Source: an uncultured Phycisphaerales bacterium (GTDB taxonomy: Bacteria > Planctomycetota > Phycisphaerae > WQYP01). Taken from it: DNA of 64,000 nucleotides. This document shows, piece after piece, positions 38,395-48,500 of the stretch. Made by a program: the position numbers and the translations under genes. Every line of letters starts with the position of its first letter. Positions within the stretch are counted from its first letter, which is position 1. The stretch is from positions 69,207-133,206 of the forward strand of contig CAIMWO010000031.1 in assembly GCA_903845195.1 (NCBI GenBank). The letters are read 5' to 3'. Below the pieces are notes generated by a model. The model saw only the letters and a program-made list of their open reading frames with translations. It was not told the origin of the DNA and ran no database searches.

Positions 38395-38799
38395 ATGAAC
38401 GACAAAATTGCGGATGCCATTCTCGTTCGCGTCGAAAGGCAGTTTGGATGGTTTCGAAAAAACGCCATCACCTGGCATGAGTTGATAGGCTATGCCTGCA
38501 ATATGCTATTAGCTAACAAACGGCTTGATCTCGCGGTCCCTGTGGCGCGGATGTTTGCACCATCTGAACAGTTACGCTTGCGGTGGTGGGCCAGAGACAT
38601 TCTCGATCGTTTCGGCGAAACCACACTGGATGACATCACGCCAGATAGCCCCATCTATACTGAGCCGACAAATAAGGATATTACCTCCGGTTGCCATCCG
38701 GCGGCTCTAGCTGAGCTGGCACGGCGCTTTCAGATGGCACTTGCCGAGAACTCGGGAAAAAGCAGGGTCGGGCCATCGGATGATGCTGGAGCTCCGTGA
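38395..38799 (+). CDS. Hypothetical protein (~134 aa).
   Basis: ORF track 38173..38799. The AAGGAG RBS sits 8 nt before the ATG at 38395. Confidence 0.4.
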   Translation: MNDKIADAILVRVERQFGWFRKNAITWHELIGYACNMLLANKRLDLAVPVARMFAPSEQLRLRWWARDILDRFGETTLDDITPDSPIYTEPTNKDITSGCHPAALAELARRFQMALAENSGKSRVGPSDDAGAP

Positions 38800-38945
38800 C
38801 GAACGCCCACCGTCCTCATCAAGGGTGAACACGGATGCTGGGGCCTGTTGGTCCATCGCAACGAAGATGAGATGACAAGAAGACCACGATCTTAGAGGTG
38901 ACCGTCTTTTACGACAGACCCCAAAGACATGAAAGGAGATGTCAG

Positions 38946-39260
38946 ATGCGTCAGCAAACACCCCTCGAACAACTACACTTACCACCCGAAAAGATCCAGG
39001 CAATCAAAGCCGCGGGCATCACCTGCGTCGAAGAACTGTGTGCCAAACGGCTTACCGAGGTCGGCAACATTGTTGGCCGCACTATCGACGACATCAAGGA
39101 AGTCCGTGTGGCTTTAGCCGAACTTGGCTTGGACATACGGCGGCAATTTGAGGATCCAGCTGGCTCACCCGATATCCCCTCCCGCAAGGCGTTTCGTAGC
39201 CTTCTGGACCGCCTTGATCTGATGCCGCTAACGAGGGAAAAACAACGCTCCATTTACTGA
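38946..39260 (+). CDS. Small protein with an RNA polymerase alpha-subunit C-terminal-domain-like HhH motif.
   Basis: AAGGAG RBS. LHLPPEKIQAIKAAGITCVEEL matches the alphaCTD pattern LxLSxRxxNxLKxAGIxTVxDL. Confidence 0.4.
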   Translation: MRQQTPLEQLHLPPEKIQAIKAAGITCVEELCAKRLTEVGNIVGRTIDDIKEVRVALAELGLDIRRQFEDPAGSPDIPSRKAFRSLLDRLDLMPLTREKQRSIY

Positions 39261-39488
39261 TTGTGATTACTCGCAGCGAAGTGTTATGCAGTGTCGAACC
39301 GGAAGACCGCGAGAAGATCGAACGGCTGCTTGAGCTTATGGTTGAGGTCGATCGATGACCCTTATGGCTATGTGGCGCAAGCCAGCGAAAAAGTCGCGAG
39401 GGACTTTGCGCAGACTCTCAAGGAGGTTGAGAGAACAAAGCAACGCGATTGAATTGCCAACGGCAAACGTATTGCGAAAGGAGACCAG

Positions 39489-39899
39489 ATGATTCCACTC
39501 GACGCACTTCACTTGCCTGATGAAATGCTACAGAAGCTCCGGGCTTTGGGTTACAACAGCGTTTGGGACCTACACGCGAGCAATAAATACACACTCCGAA
39601 TACGCTCGCGTCTTAGCATCAGTGCCGAAGAAGTTGACCAGATTGTTGCAGCCATGCGAGCCATCGGATGGGACTTTAAGGATCCAGCAGACGATCCGGT
39701 GGGTGCCGAAGACTTCCCCTCAGCAGTAGTCTTACGGAATTTACTGACCGCCCTTCGTCTTAATCCGCGGTCGAGCCGTTTCTTGAGATACTACTTGCGT
39801 GGTGTCAGCACATTGCCCGAACTGCTCAAGGGGATTGAGCCGGATGACACCGAAACGATTATCGGGCTTCTTAGGTTGATGAAGGTTGAGGATATTTGA
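39489..39899 (+). CDS. Paralogous alphaCTD-like small protein.
   Basis: AAAGGAG RBS. LHLPDEMLQKLRALGYNSVWDL. A second similar motif sits in the C-terminal half. Confidence 0.4.
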   Translation: MIPLDALHLPDEMLQKLRALGYNSVWDLHASNKYTLRIRSRLSISAEEVDQIVAAMRAIGWDFKDPADDPVGAEDFPSAVVLRNLLTALRLNPRSSRFLRYYLRGVSTLPELLKGIEPDDTETIIGLLRLMKVEDI

Positions 39900-39927
39900 G
39901 AGGCAATTAGCAGAATGGAGGTCCGCC

Positions 39928-40479
39928 ATGACGTGGTGCGTGCCGAAAGACCGAAGTATCTACGTTGCGGAAAATTTTCGTACCGCAGAGCAACTGGAGG
40001 ACATAGCGAGTAAGTTGGAGACAATCGCGCGCCGTTCTCCGGAGCCCGTGTGTTTCGAGTTTTGTTCTCTCTTCGCCGATGTGGACGTCTTCGCGGCCAT
40101 GGCATTCGTCAAGCGAATGCGGCGTAATGTGCCGGAGCTGATAACGGTCACCCGATTGGACACTTGTGGGAGCGCTATTGTTGTTCTCCAAGCTGGAGCC
40201 AGGCGATTAATAACTAGGGCGGGAGGGATGATCTTTAGGGACCCGATCACTTTTCGGAATTCTGAGATACCGGCGCGAATATTTTCAGATGAGGAGCAAC
40301 GCCGCCTGCAAGTAGCCGCAATTGAGTCCGCACAACTTATTGCTGACCGTTCTCGCCTTAGTATGGCGATGATCGCCCATTTCCGTTCACGGCGCCATAT
40401 TCTGGGTCCCGATAAGATCCTGGAGTACTTTTTGGCTGACGGTGTCAAAGACGCTCCATTATGGAATTTCACTGGATAG
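39928..40479 (+). CDS. ClpP/crotonase-fold (peptidase S14-like) protein, probably non-catalytic because the His is replaced.
   Basis: GGAGG RBS. TCGSAIVVLQAGARRLITRAGGMIFRDP aligns to ClpP TxxxGxAASMGxxLLAAGxxxxRxxxPxxxxMIHQP, with F in place of the catalytic His. Confidence 0.35.
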   Translation: MTWCVPKDRSIYVAENFRTAEQLEDIASKLETIARRSPEPVCFEFCSLFADVDVFAAMAFVKRMRRNVPELITVTRLDTCGSAIVVLQAGARRLITRAGGMIFRDPITFRNSEIPARIFSDEEQRRLQVAAIESAQLIADRSRLSMAMIAHFRSRRHILGPDKILEYFLADGVKDAPLWNFTG

Positions 40480-40532
40480 ATACTCTTTGGATTAGGGGGC
40501 CATAGGTATCAATTATGCTTCTAGGAGAAAAT

Positions 40533-40793
40533 ATGTGGAAAATCAGTGATTACCAGTCGGGTAAGAATAATTCGGTAGATGAAATCGCCGCGTCAAACCT
40601 GAGGGTACGGACAAAACATCCTTTGAAGAATTTGGGCGTGAGGACCGTCGACGAACTGACGGCACTCAGTGCGACCCAGATCCAGCAGGCACGAAATGCC
40701 GGAGTAAATACTCTGCCTGATATCCAAGCCTTTCTGGCACATAGGGGTAAGTGTCTCGCCTCTCATTCGCTTCCGAAAATACCAAGCGAATGA
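40533..40793 (+). CDS. Third alphaCTD-like small protein.
   Basis: AGGAGAAAAT-ATG RBS. LRVRTKHPLKNLGVRTVDELTALSATQI. Confidence 0.4.
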   Translation: MWKISDYQSGKNNSVDEIAASNLRVRTKHPLKNLGVRTVDELTALSATQIQQARNAGVNTLPDIQAFLAHRGKCLASHSLPKIPSE

Positions 40794-41069
40794 TGTCCCA
40801 CTGGCAGCCAGATGACATTGGCATCAGACCTTTGGACATGGCGCTCTTCGTGGAGTTCAAGAACTTGCCGGGTGCGCCCCGGGGGCACAGTCGCACGTCG
40901 GTGAATCGCATGAATGTGCTAAAGGACAGAATTCCCCTACAGCTCAGCCAGGCACGGACAAGGACGGTTGGTCTAAGGCGTTGCGACGGACAAACCACAA
41001 CGGGCTCAATTCATGGGATGGAATTAGCGTGATGGCCGCGATTACTTTCAACTTGTTCAATTCATGATC

Positions 41070-43286
41070 CTATTTCACCTTCATAGAATCCCATAGCCGC
41101 TTGAAATCATCCCAATGTCTGTCGAATGTCCCGGCGGTTGTGGTTAGTGAAATCATCACGATCTTTCCGTTACTAACTGCCAAGACTTCTATTGTATGCA
41201 TCTTTATTCCTTTCGGCGCACGCTCAATGGTAAAAGCAATCGCCTCCGCGCCTGCTAAAGTGGTTTTTACAGGATCGGAATACTTTTCAGTTGGATTGTC
41301 TTTGTGGGCATTCACCACGATACGAGCATAAATATCCGCCGGACTATTATTAGGCCCACGCGATTGGAGCCATGAGACTAATATTTCATCATAAAGTCCA
41401 TCCACTGGTGGACCCGAAAAACGGAATCCTTGGCCGGCGGTCAACTGCGGGATACTCCGCTTGAAATTAGCTGGGTAGCTAAAGCTGATGTCATTGGTCT
41501 CATCGGCATAGTTCAGGTCTGGCTGATCCGTCGCTCCCGGCTGTCGGGCGAGAAGCCCTTTGAGAATTTGTATGGGATCATTTTGTTCGCCGGCGCCTGC
41601 CGGTGTAACAATGCCATTTTGCCGGTCTACAAGCGATTTCATCGCGCGGGTCTGATTGTCTGACAAAGCATTGGTTTCGTTTTGAAAGGTAAGCGCCAAT
41701 AGCTGATCTTCCTGAGTCTGCCTATTAGCTAGAGCCTGCCGATCCTGCGCCTGCCGCTGTAACAATTGATCCATTCGGTTTTTCTTTTCGGTAGCAGGGT
41801 CTACAACCACAACTTTGTCATGGTCGAAGCGAACTTTTGGAGATGACGCCGGTTTGGAGTTTAGAGCGTTTTGTTCTTGCGACTGCGCGTTCGCCAAGGC
41901 CGTGGTGTCTTTGCTATGCCGATTGACTATGTCGGCTTGACGCTGCTGCTGGCTCTTTCGTAAGTCGTCGCGAGACTGGGACTGTTGCAGTTTCAACGCA
42001 TCTATTTCACGATGATTCCGTGTCTGTTGTTGTCTGAGCTTTTCATCGTTTTGCTCGCGCGCGATGCGTTCCGCATCTTGATTCGCATCCGCATTATTGG
42101 AATGGTTGTTATTGGTCGATGGTATAATTTCTGGTGCGCTTGGCGTTCTATGTTCCTGCAACCATTTCTTAGCTACATCGTCGCCAAGTTCCGCCGCCTT
42201 CCGGAACCACTTGGCCGCTTCATCATCGTCCTTAGAAACGCCTCGACCCGCAGCGTACATGAAGCCGAGTTTTGTCATACCCGCGGGGTTGCCACGATCG
42301 GCTGCCTTCCGGAACCAGGCGACCGCTTTGGCATCATCATTAAGAACACCGCGAGCATTTTTGTACATGTTGCCGAGATTAGCCATGGCGATGACACTGC
42401 CTGCATCGGCGGCCCTCTGATACCATTTCACCGCTTCGGTATCGTCATTGGGAACACCGTGACCTTCGCCGTACATCCAACCGAGATAGCCCATGCCCTC
42501 AGCGTCACCAGCATTCGCAGCGTTTCGAACTAACTTGTACGCTTCGGTTTCGTCCTTAATCGTGCCGCGGCCGTTCATGTACATGTTGCCGAGATTAGTC
42601 ATGGCTGTGACATTACCAGCATCTACCGCCCTTCGGAACCACTTGACCGCTTCGGCATCGTCGTTGGTCACGCCGAGCCCGTCCCGGTACATTGAGCCAA
42701 GATTCATCATCCCATACGAATTGCCCGCATCCGCAGCTTTCTGGTACCACTTGACCGCTTGGACATATTCCTTCTGTACCCCAATACCTCTTTCGTAGCA
42801 GACGCCAACATCGTTAATTGCGAATAAGTTCCCTGAATTTGCGGCCTTTTGATATAAGTCGAATGCCTTAACGCAGTCTTTCGGCACTCCTTGGCCTTCC
42901 TGGTACTGTCTGGCGAGTCTCTCGGTTGCAATTGCATTGCGGGCGTCATCGTCTAGAGTTGCCGTTACGCCGGATTGCTGCGGAATAACCTTCTCAGATA
43001 CATCTGCAGTCCTATTTTGAAATATTGGCGTGGAATAATTTGGATTAGCCGTACCAATATGACGAGTCGAAGTCACAATCTGTAACAGGAATACAATTAA
43101 TAGCGGGAGGAGAATTGCTGCCCACATCGCGAGTATGAGCACTATTTTTAAGGGATGCAGAGCCGACGCGAATGGCACCGGAGCAAGCCCCACACTCTTT
43201 GCAGAATCGCGATGCGAACCAGATGGTCGCCCCTCTCCTGCCGCGGGTGAACTGCTCGATCTAGAAGTGTTTAATGGTATTGACAT
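41070..43286 (-). CDS. Sel1-repeat (TPR-like) membrane-anchored protein, last gene of the T7SS-like operon.
   Basis: 738 aa. AAGGA RBS. N-terminal TM. At least eight tandem Sel1 units (A.KWYRKAAEQGNA.AQ.NLG.MY..G.GV..D...A..W-type). C-terminal domain of ~200 aa. Confidence 0.65.
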   Translation of the reverse strand: MSIPLNTSRSSSSPAAGEGRPSGSHRDSAKSVGLAPVPFASALHPLKIVLILAMWAAILLPLLIVFLLQIVTSTRHIGTANPNYSTPIFQNRTADVSEKVIPQQSGVTATLDDDARNAIATERLARQYQEGQGVPKDCVKAFDLYQKAANSGNLFAINDVGVCYERGIGVQKEYVQAVKWYQKAADAGNSYGMMNLGSMYRDGLGVTNDDAEAVKWFRRAVDAGNVTAMTNLGNMYMNGRGTIKDETEAYKLVRNAANAGDAEGMGYLGWMYGEGHGVPNDDTEAVKWYQRAADAGSVIAMANLGNMYKNARGVLNDDAKAVAWFRKAADRGNPAGMTKLGFMYAAGRGVSKDDDEAAKWFRKAAELGDDVAKKWLQEHRTPSAPEIIPSTNNNHSNNADANQDAERIAREQNDEKLRQQQTRNHREIDALKLQQSQSRDDLRKSQQQRQADIVNRHSKDTTALANAQSQEQNALNSKPASSPKVRFDHDKVVVVDPATEKKNRMDQLLQRQAQDRQALANRQTQEDQLLALTFQNETNALSDNQTRAMKSLVDRQNGIVTPAGAGEQNDPIQILKGLLARQPGATDQPDLNYADETNDISFSYPANFKRSIPQLTAGQGFRFSGPPVDGLYDEILVSWLQSRGPNNSPADIYARIVVNAHKDNPTEKYSDPVKTTLAGAEAIAFTIERAPKGIKMHTIEVLAVSNGKIVMISLTTTAGTFDRHWDDFKRLWDSMKVK

Positions 43287-43298
43287 AATAATTCCTTA

Positions 43299-43508
43299 TC
43301 ATTCATATATGTTAAGCAGCGCCCGATTCATCTCCTCATCCAAGTCCTCCATGGCTTGGAGCAACATCATCGCGACTTGCTCACATTCTTGCCAACAATC
43401 GCGTTCGAACTTAGTTGCTGCCTGGTCGTTCCACTGGTCCTGTGTTGCAGCCCATTGTTTGGTAAGGCGTTGCCATTCGACGTACAAGAGTTCGGTTTGT
43501 TCGGACAT
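43299..43508 (-). CDS. Small acidic helical protein (~69 aa). Possible WXG-like or chaperone-like accessory protein.
   Basis: ORF track 43299..43571 starts at GTG. ATG at 43508 gives MSEQTELLYVEWQRLTKQW.... Trp-rich helical sequence. Confidence 0.3.
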   Translation of the reverse strand: MSEQTELLYVEWQRLTKQWAATQDQWNDQAATKFERDCWQECEQVAMMLLQAMEDLDEEMNRALLNIYE

Positions 43509-43571
43509 AGTTGTCTTCAGTCCAAGTCTATTACCACCATGTCTCTTTCTACTGCCAATAGTCCGTGCCAC

Positions 43572-43886
43572 TCATGGCGTCATGGTCACCCGATCATGGC
43601 CTCGTTTGAGTGATGCTTTGGCCGGTTCCGGCTCGCGCACGAGCCAATCAAGCGTTAAAATCGCAGCTATCGGATTCATGCCGTGTTCCCTCATCAATGT
43701 CTCAATGTTATAGCCCTCGATAATTAGGGGTGATATCTGACCACTCGTCCACCACAGCTCAAATGCCACTTGTAGGGCAGGGGCGAGAGCGGTGAGATCG
43801 GTAGCAATCAACTCCGCACCATGGGGGGGATAGCCGAATTCATTGGAAAGCCTCGCTAACAACACTTCTTTTGAAATCGATATCAT
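43572..43886 (-). CDS. Putative immunity protein (~104 aa) for the upstream HExxH toxin.
   Basis: ATG at 43886 is 1 nt after the toxin stop, with a perfect GGAGGAG RBS inside the toxin 3' end. Small cytoplasmic protein. Confidence 0.45.
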   Translation of the reverse strand: MISISKEVLLARLSNEFGYPPHGAELIATDLTALAPALQVAFELWWTSGQISPLIIEGYNIETLMREHGMNPIAAILTLDWLVREPEPAKASLKRGHDRVTMTP

Positions 43887-43887
43887 T

Positions 43888-44949
43888 TTAATCTCCTCCG
43901 AGGGGATAAAGACGCAGCCGAATAGCACTTGCATACGTCCACGCGTCCGCCTCAATAGGTTGGGCTTTGTAACGCGCCTGGCCATACTTCTCAGCCGATA
44001 GGTAGTTACCAGGTATATTGTTGTTTCGCCAGGATGCCACTTCTTCTACATTGGAATGGAACATTGGGTGTTTAATGGCATAGTGCTGATAAGCATGACG
44101 TCCTTCATGAGCAATAGTATCGACGGTTTCTGATATGTCGTCCCACATCTTGGTATTAATATGAATTGCATGCTCATCAAAATACCCATAAGTTCTGGAA
44201 TCCATCTTTTCGGCAACGACTGGCACTGCCGGCCGACCTTGGACATTGGCGAGTTTATATTCGATTTCCTGAACAACTGTAACCCTTTCCTCGTCATTGA
44301 GGCTGATCCAGACCTTCGGGGTAAGTTGTATCATCCCTCTAAGCGAATCAACACCCCGGTCTGAAATCACCGAGCCTGGCAAATCGGAACCCGATGTCGG
44401 ATTAGTTGCATCTGAATGTGATTGCGCAGCAGAAGTCATGTTGATTGCCGATGGCTGATTTGCACCTAGATTCGGTTTGATTGACTGATAATGGTTTATG
44501 GCATCAATATGCTGCTGGAGAATGCCTTGGGAGCGGGGCACATGCTCACCAGCAAGTTCGGCAAACTCCCTTGTTCGTCTCTGGAATTCCTCATAGGCGT
44601 CCTGTACTTGCCCCATTGCCGCCGTTAGATCGTCAACTCGATCCTGAGCGGGGCTTAGGTCATTCCGTAGTTCAGAACGCCGCTCGGCGTTGAGATCCTC
44701 GCCGGTCTCTTCATCGGGGCTATAGTCAAGCGACGCCAATTCATCTTTAATCGAATCTACGCGTGCCTGAAGGGAGTGTAAGGAATGCGTTAGCTCTGAC
44801 CATTTGCTTTGAAACTTCCTATCGTAGAGTTCCAAACAGGATGTACCGCGGTTTGCAAACAGTCCAAGCGCAGCATGAAGAGTTTCCAGCGCTTCCAAAC
44901 ACTGAATATTAACGCTAAGACTGCTGGAGGTTTCTGTCGACATTGCCAC
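43888..44949 (-). CDS. Polymorphic-toxin-like protein. N-terminal ~200-aa helical (LXG/WXG-superfamily-like) secretion domain plus a C-terminal zinc-metallopeptidase (HExxH) domain.
   Basis: 353 aa. C-terminal TIAHEGRHAYQHY (HExxH). N-terminus is helical with heptad-like spacing. The ORF track start is GTG at 44949, with an ATG 2 codons in. Confidence 0.5.
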   Translation of the reverse strand: MAMSTETSSSLSVNIQCLEALETLHAALGLFANRGTSCLELYDRKFQSKWSELTHSLHSLQARVDSIKDELASLDYSPDEETGEDLNAERRSELRNDLSPAQDRVDDLTAAMGQVQDAYEEFQRRTREFAELAGEHVPRSQGILQQHIDAINHYQSIKPNLGANQPSAINMTSAAQSHSDATNPTSGSDLPGSVISDRGVDSLRGMIQLTPKVWISLNDEERVTVVQEIEYKLANVQGRPAVPVVAEKMDSRTYGYFDEHAIHINTKMWDDISETVDTIAHEGRHAYQHYAIKHPMFHSNVEEVASWRNNNIPGNYLSAEKYGQARYKAQPIEADAWTYASAIRLRLYPLGGD

Positions 44950-44967
44950 ACCACAAATACATCCGGG

Positions 44968-45237
44968 TTATCGATGATACTCCTCTTCAATAATGCGGGC
45001 TTTTTCTCGGAGGTATGCGACGTATTTCTCACAGTCCTCGAGAAATTGCGCCAACTTCACCGTAGTTTCGTCCAGATCCTGTTCAAAGGCTCGATACTTG
45101 GCATCGCGCCACGCGTCCCTCAACATCCGAGCCTTGTTGATTACAGAAAGGTTCTTTCCCCGCATATCTCTACCGAGCGTCTCTAGTACATTGGCAAAAT
45201 TTCGTGCCGCTTCAGGGTCGAAAATCGCTTGTGACAT
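44968..45237 (-). CDS. WXG100-like small helical protein (89 aa).
   Basis: AGAGGAAG RBS. ~90-aa two-helix composition. Follows a clearer WXG100 gene. Confidence 0.4.
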   Translation of the reverse strand: MSQAIFDPEAARNFANVLETLGRDMRGKNLSVINKARMLRDAWRDAKYRAFEQDLDETTVKLAQFLEDCEKYVAYLREKARIIEEEYHR

Positions 45238-45251
45238 GGCTTCCTCTCTTT

Positions 45252-45548
45252 CTAAAGGCGAGGTTTGACACTATGAAACTTATCAATTGCCGCGGCGTCA
45301 TGTTCCAAGTCTTTCGCGGCTAAACGCCCGCTAACTAAAAATTTAGCCAACGATTGCCGTGATTTTGCAAACTGATCGCAGAATTGCTCATACCCATCAT
45401 CACGAAAGGTATTCCCCAACCAAGTGAGATCACGCCGAATAGTGGTGTCGAATTCTTCGACATTATCACAAAAACGGGCTAACTCACGTGCAAATCCTCG
45501 GATTTCTTCAGAATTGGCGTAAACCCGTTTGGATCCTGCATCGCTCAT
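45252..45548 (-). CDS. WXG100-family (ESAT-6/EsxA-like) protein (98 aa).
   Basis: AGGAGG RBS. Central W-x-G (TWLGN) between two helices. Size ~100 aa. ATGA overlap with the upstream ATPase stop. Confidence 0.5.
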   Translation of the reverse strand: MSDAGSKRVYANSEEIRGFARELARFCDNVEEFDTTIRRDLTWLGNTFRDDGYEQFCDQFAKSRQSLAKFLVSGRLAAKDLEHDAAAIDKFHSVKPRL

Positions 45549-48500
45549 GACGATCCTCCTTTAATTTGACTTGCGACCTGTCGAATCCACGCGAGGTCAG
45601 GCAGGCGGTAAGGTCTATATTTCTGAACTGGAGCATTTTGGACAGCATCCACAAAGAACATTCGGTGCTGCTTTCCTTCCAAACGTGCCGCGTCGGGAAC
45701 GTCGAGAAAAGCTCGCGATTCCTCTGGTGAGAGCGCTGCGGACGTCTTTAGTCCGAAATTGGCCATCGAGCGTTTGAGTGTCTTCACGGCGGTTGGGTGA
45801 GTATCACACCATGCCAAAACATGAATACCAAATTCTGCCCCATCCTTGAGGATGGAACAAAACAAATCGTAAAGACTGGTTTCCCGAACCGTACCAATGA
45901 CAGGAAAGCCTCCATCATCGGTTGGTCGTAAGTCCCGCGCGCGGTGGAGGCCTGCGATAATGAGATATGTAGGTGTTATGTCTTCTTTGCCGTCAATTCG
46001 CAATCGTATGCGGTCAACTATTCCCTGAAGTGCAGTGCGCAGCATTGGTCGGGAAAGTCTCTGAATAAAGTGGAAGTCAAACCGCTCACATATCTCGTCG
46101 ATCAAAGGAGGACATGGGCCATCGGGCGACGTAAAATCCAATAGATAAAATTGAGAAGCCTGTGGTACATTCTGTGCCATTAGTGCTATCCACGCAGAGA
46201 GAAGAACCCCCATCCCTTCAGACTCATCACGATTGAGTACCATCAAGTTTGCGTCAGTTTGATGACCCAATAGCACTGGAATCGGCCCTGAGAGATTTAG
46301 TGGCTCCCCGAGCCAAATTGTCGCCGCTCTTCCACGAGGACGGACAGACTTTGTTTGGAACATCTGGGTCAGCGGTTGGCATTGTTCCAAGTTCGGTGGT
46401 TCATCGGCCTCGAATACTATAGGTATACGATTACTGCCATCAATCGCCGCCGCGGCCTTTGCGATGCCTCGTACGTAAACTGCAATTTCTTCATTCTCTT
46501 TGGTTTTATCTTTATCATCTTTGCCGATTAGTGCAACTTGGAAATCTTCGTTAGCTTCGAGCCGGCCGCCATCCCCGTTATAGATTGCCTGGCCGGGCTG
46601 CGTGAGTTTTGATGCCACAAGTTTCTGCCTCGGCAACAATATTTCAGCATCAACATCGCTACAAGGTAATGCAATCCGCAAGCCCATCAATCCAAACATG
46701 CTGCTCAGTCGCGACATATCTGATCCTGCCAGTGTTTGAGTGACCAAAATTAGGTGTATGCCGAATTGCCGTCCTTGCTTTACTAGTTGGGTCAAAAGGG
46801 ACCGCGCTTGTTCGGCAACGCTGTCCTCGTTAGCGAAGAATTCTTGGAATTCGTCTGCGATCAAGAGAATCCGTGGGAGTACATCATCAGCAGATGCCCT
46901 ATTTCTATATGCGGCTACACTCTCCACCCCACCAGCGTTACGAAAAAGATCCATACGTCGGGTCATTTCCGCGCTAAGCTTTTGCAGAACGCTAAGTCCA
47001 AATTCTCGATCACTTTGAATGGCGATGACTTTTGCATGTGGTAAAGAATTCTGCGCATACGGTTTGAAACCGACACCGCCTTTGAAATCGATGAGATAAA
47101 GCTCTATTTCGTGGGGTGGATACGTTAATGCCAATCCGGTGATCAATACGTGCATTAATTTGGTTTTTCCGGAGCCGGGCTTGCCTATGACCAAGCCACT
47201 GTGCGTGGTACCGTTCCCTCCTAACGTGAGATACTGGAGTTGCCCAGCTTTGCCAGGGCCTAGTGGCACGCGGATATCGTTTGCCGTTGACGATTCGTTC
47301 TTCCATATGATGTTTGCCCCATCCAACCCAGCCTGTTTGAGCATATCAGCAAACGGCACCTCAATCTTCATGGCCTCCTTTGAAGTCGTGCCGGCCTTGT
47401 GAATGATGTCGTTGAATAATTCATCGCCTGGAGGTAGATCAGGTAGCACTTGAGCATCGAAGAGGTCTTTGTCCTGCCACGTTACCCCTTGGGGTCCCCA
47501 CTCTATAATGCTGGCAACTTTGTCTAATTCATTGAGATTGAAACCGTAGGGCGCAATCTCATCTTTGCTTACATCTCTGATAATTAGTGTGTAGACGCCG
47601 CATCGCTGCCCATTGCGAATAATGGTCAGCAGTCGATCTGCCGCCGCCTTGGAGAATCCACACGGGAAGTCGAAGATAACTAGGAATCGAAACGCCTCCG
47701 CGACGGCTCGTTGTTCAGCGTTGTAATTATTAAGTGTCGCATATTTGTTACGGAGCAGGTTGCTAATTACCCTTTCCATATGGCTAGTGAGTTCCGTCAG
47801 CCGCTGCTCAATGTCGCCAGGCTCAGTCCAGGGCTTTTGGTTAATCAATGACTTGTCATGGTCCCCTAGGGCGAGGAAAGACGCCACGTTCTGGCCTATC
47901 CCGACTGGATCGATAAACGTGAACCGTAATTTGCCCGGCGGCGTGTTGGCAAGCATCCGCAACATGACTGACTGCATCGCCTTCGTTGCGGCGTCTTTAT
48001 TGACACCTTCCGCTTTCAAAAGCAGGCAGCGATTGTCTGTAAAGGGAACGAGTGCTGGTAGTCTAAAATCGAGGTTCAATCTAGGAAGATGGGCCTTTAG
48101 AAACCGAGTATCAAGTACGAGTTGACCGATTTGTGCGGCGAAACCGGGAGATGGGTCTGGGGCCCATGTATTCCATACGGGATCGTCCCATTTAGCTCCC
48201 GCGTATTGGGAACGTGAGGTAAAAGAAGAGAATTCAACATAAAATTGTGCCGCTTTGGGCTTAAGCAATATTTCATTCCTAACCATTTCTATGGCATGGA
48301 GATTTACAGCTGCCTGAAAACCGTTGTGCATATTATTGTTGGCCTGTTCCATACAATTATTGAGACAGGCTTCTGCGACAGCCCGATGATGCTGCAATTG
48401 TTGATAGCGCCGCTCTGACCTGAAGGCGGCGTACCAACGTAGAGTGACCATGACAGCTAGATAAAGGATTGGTGCAAAACAAAGTGCAATGCAGACCGTT

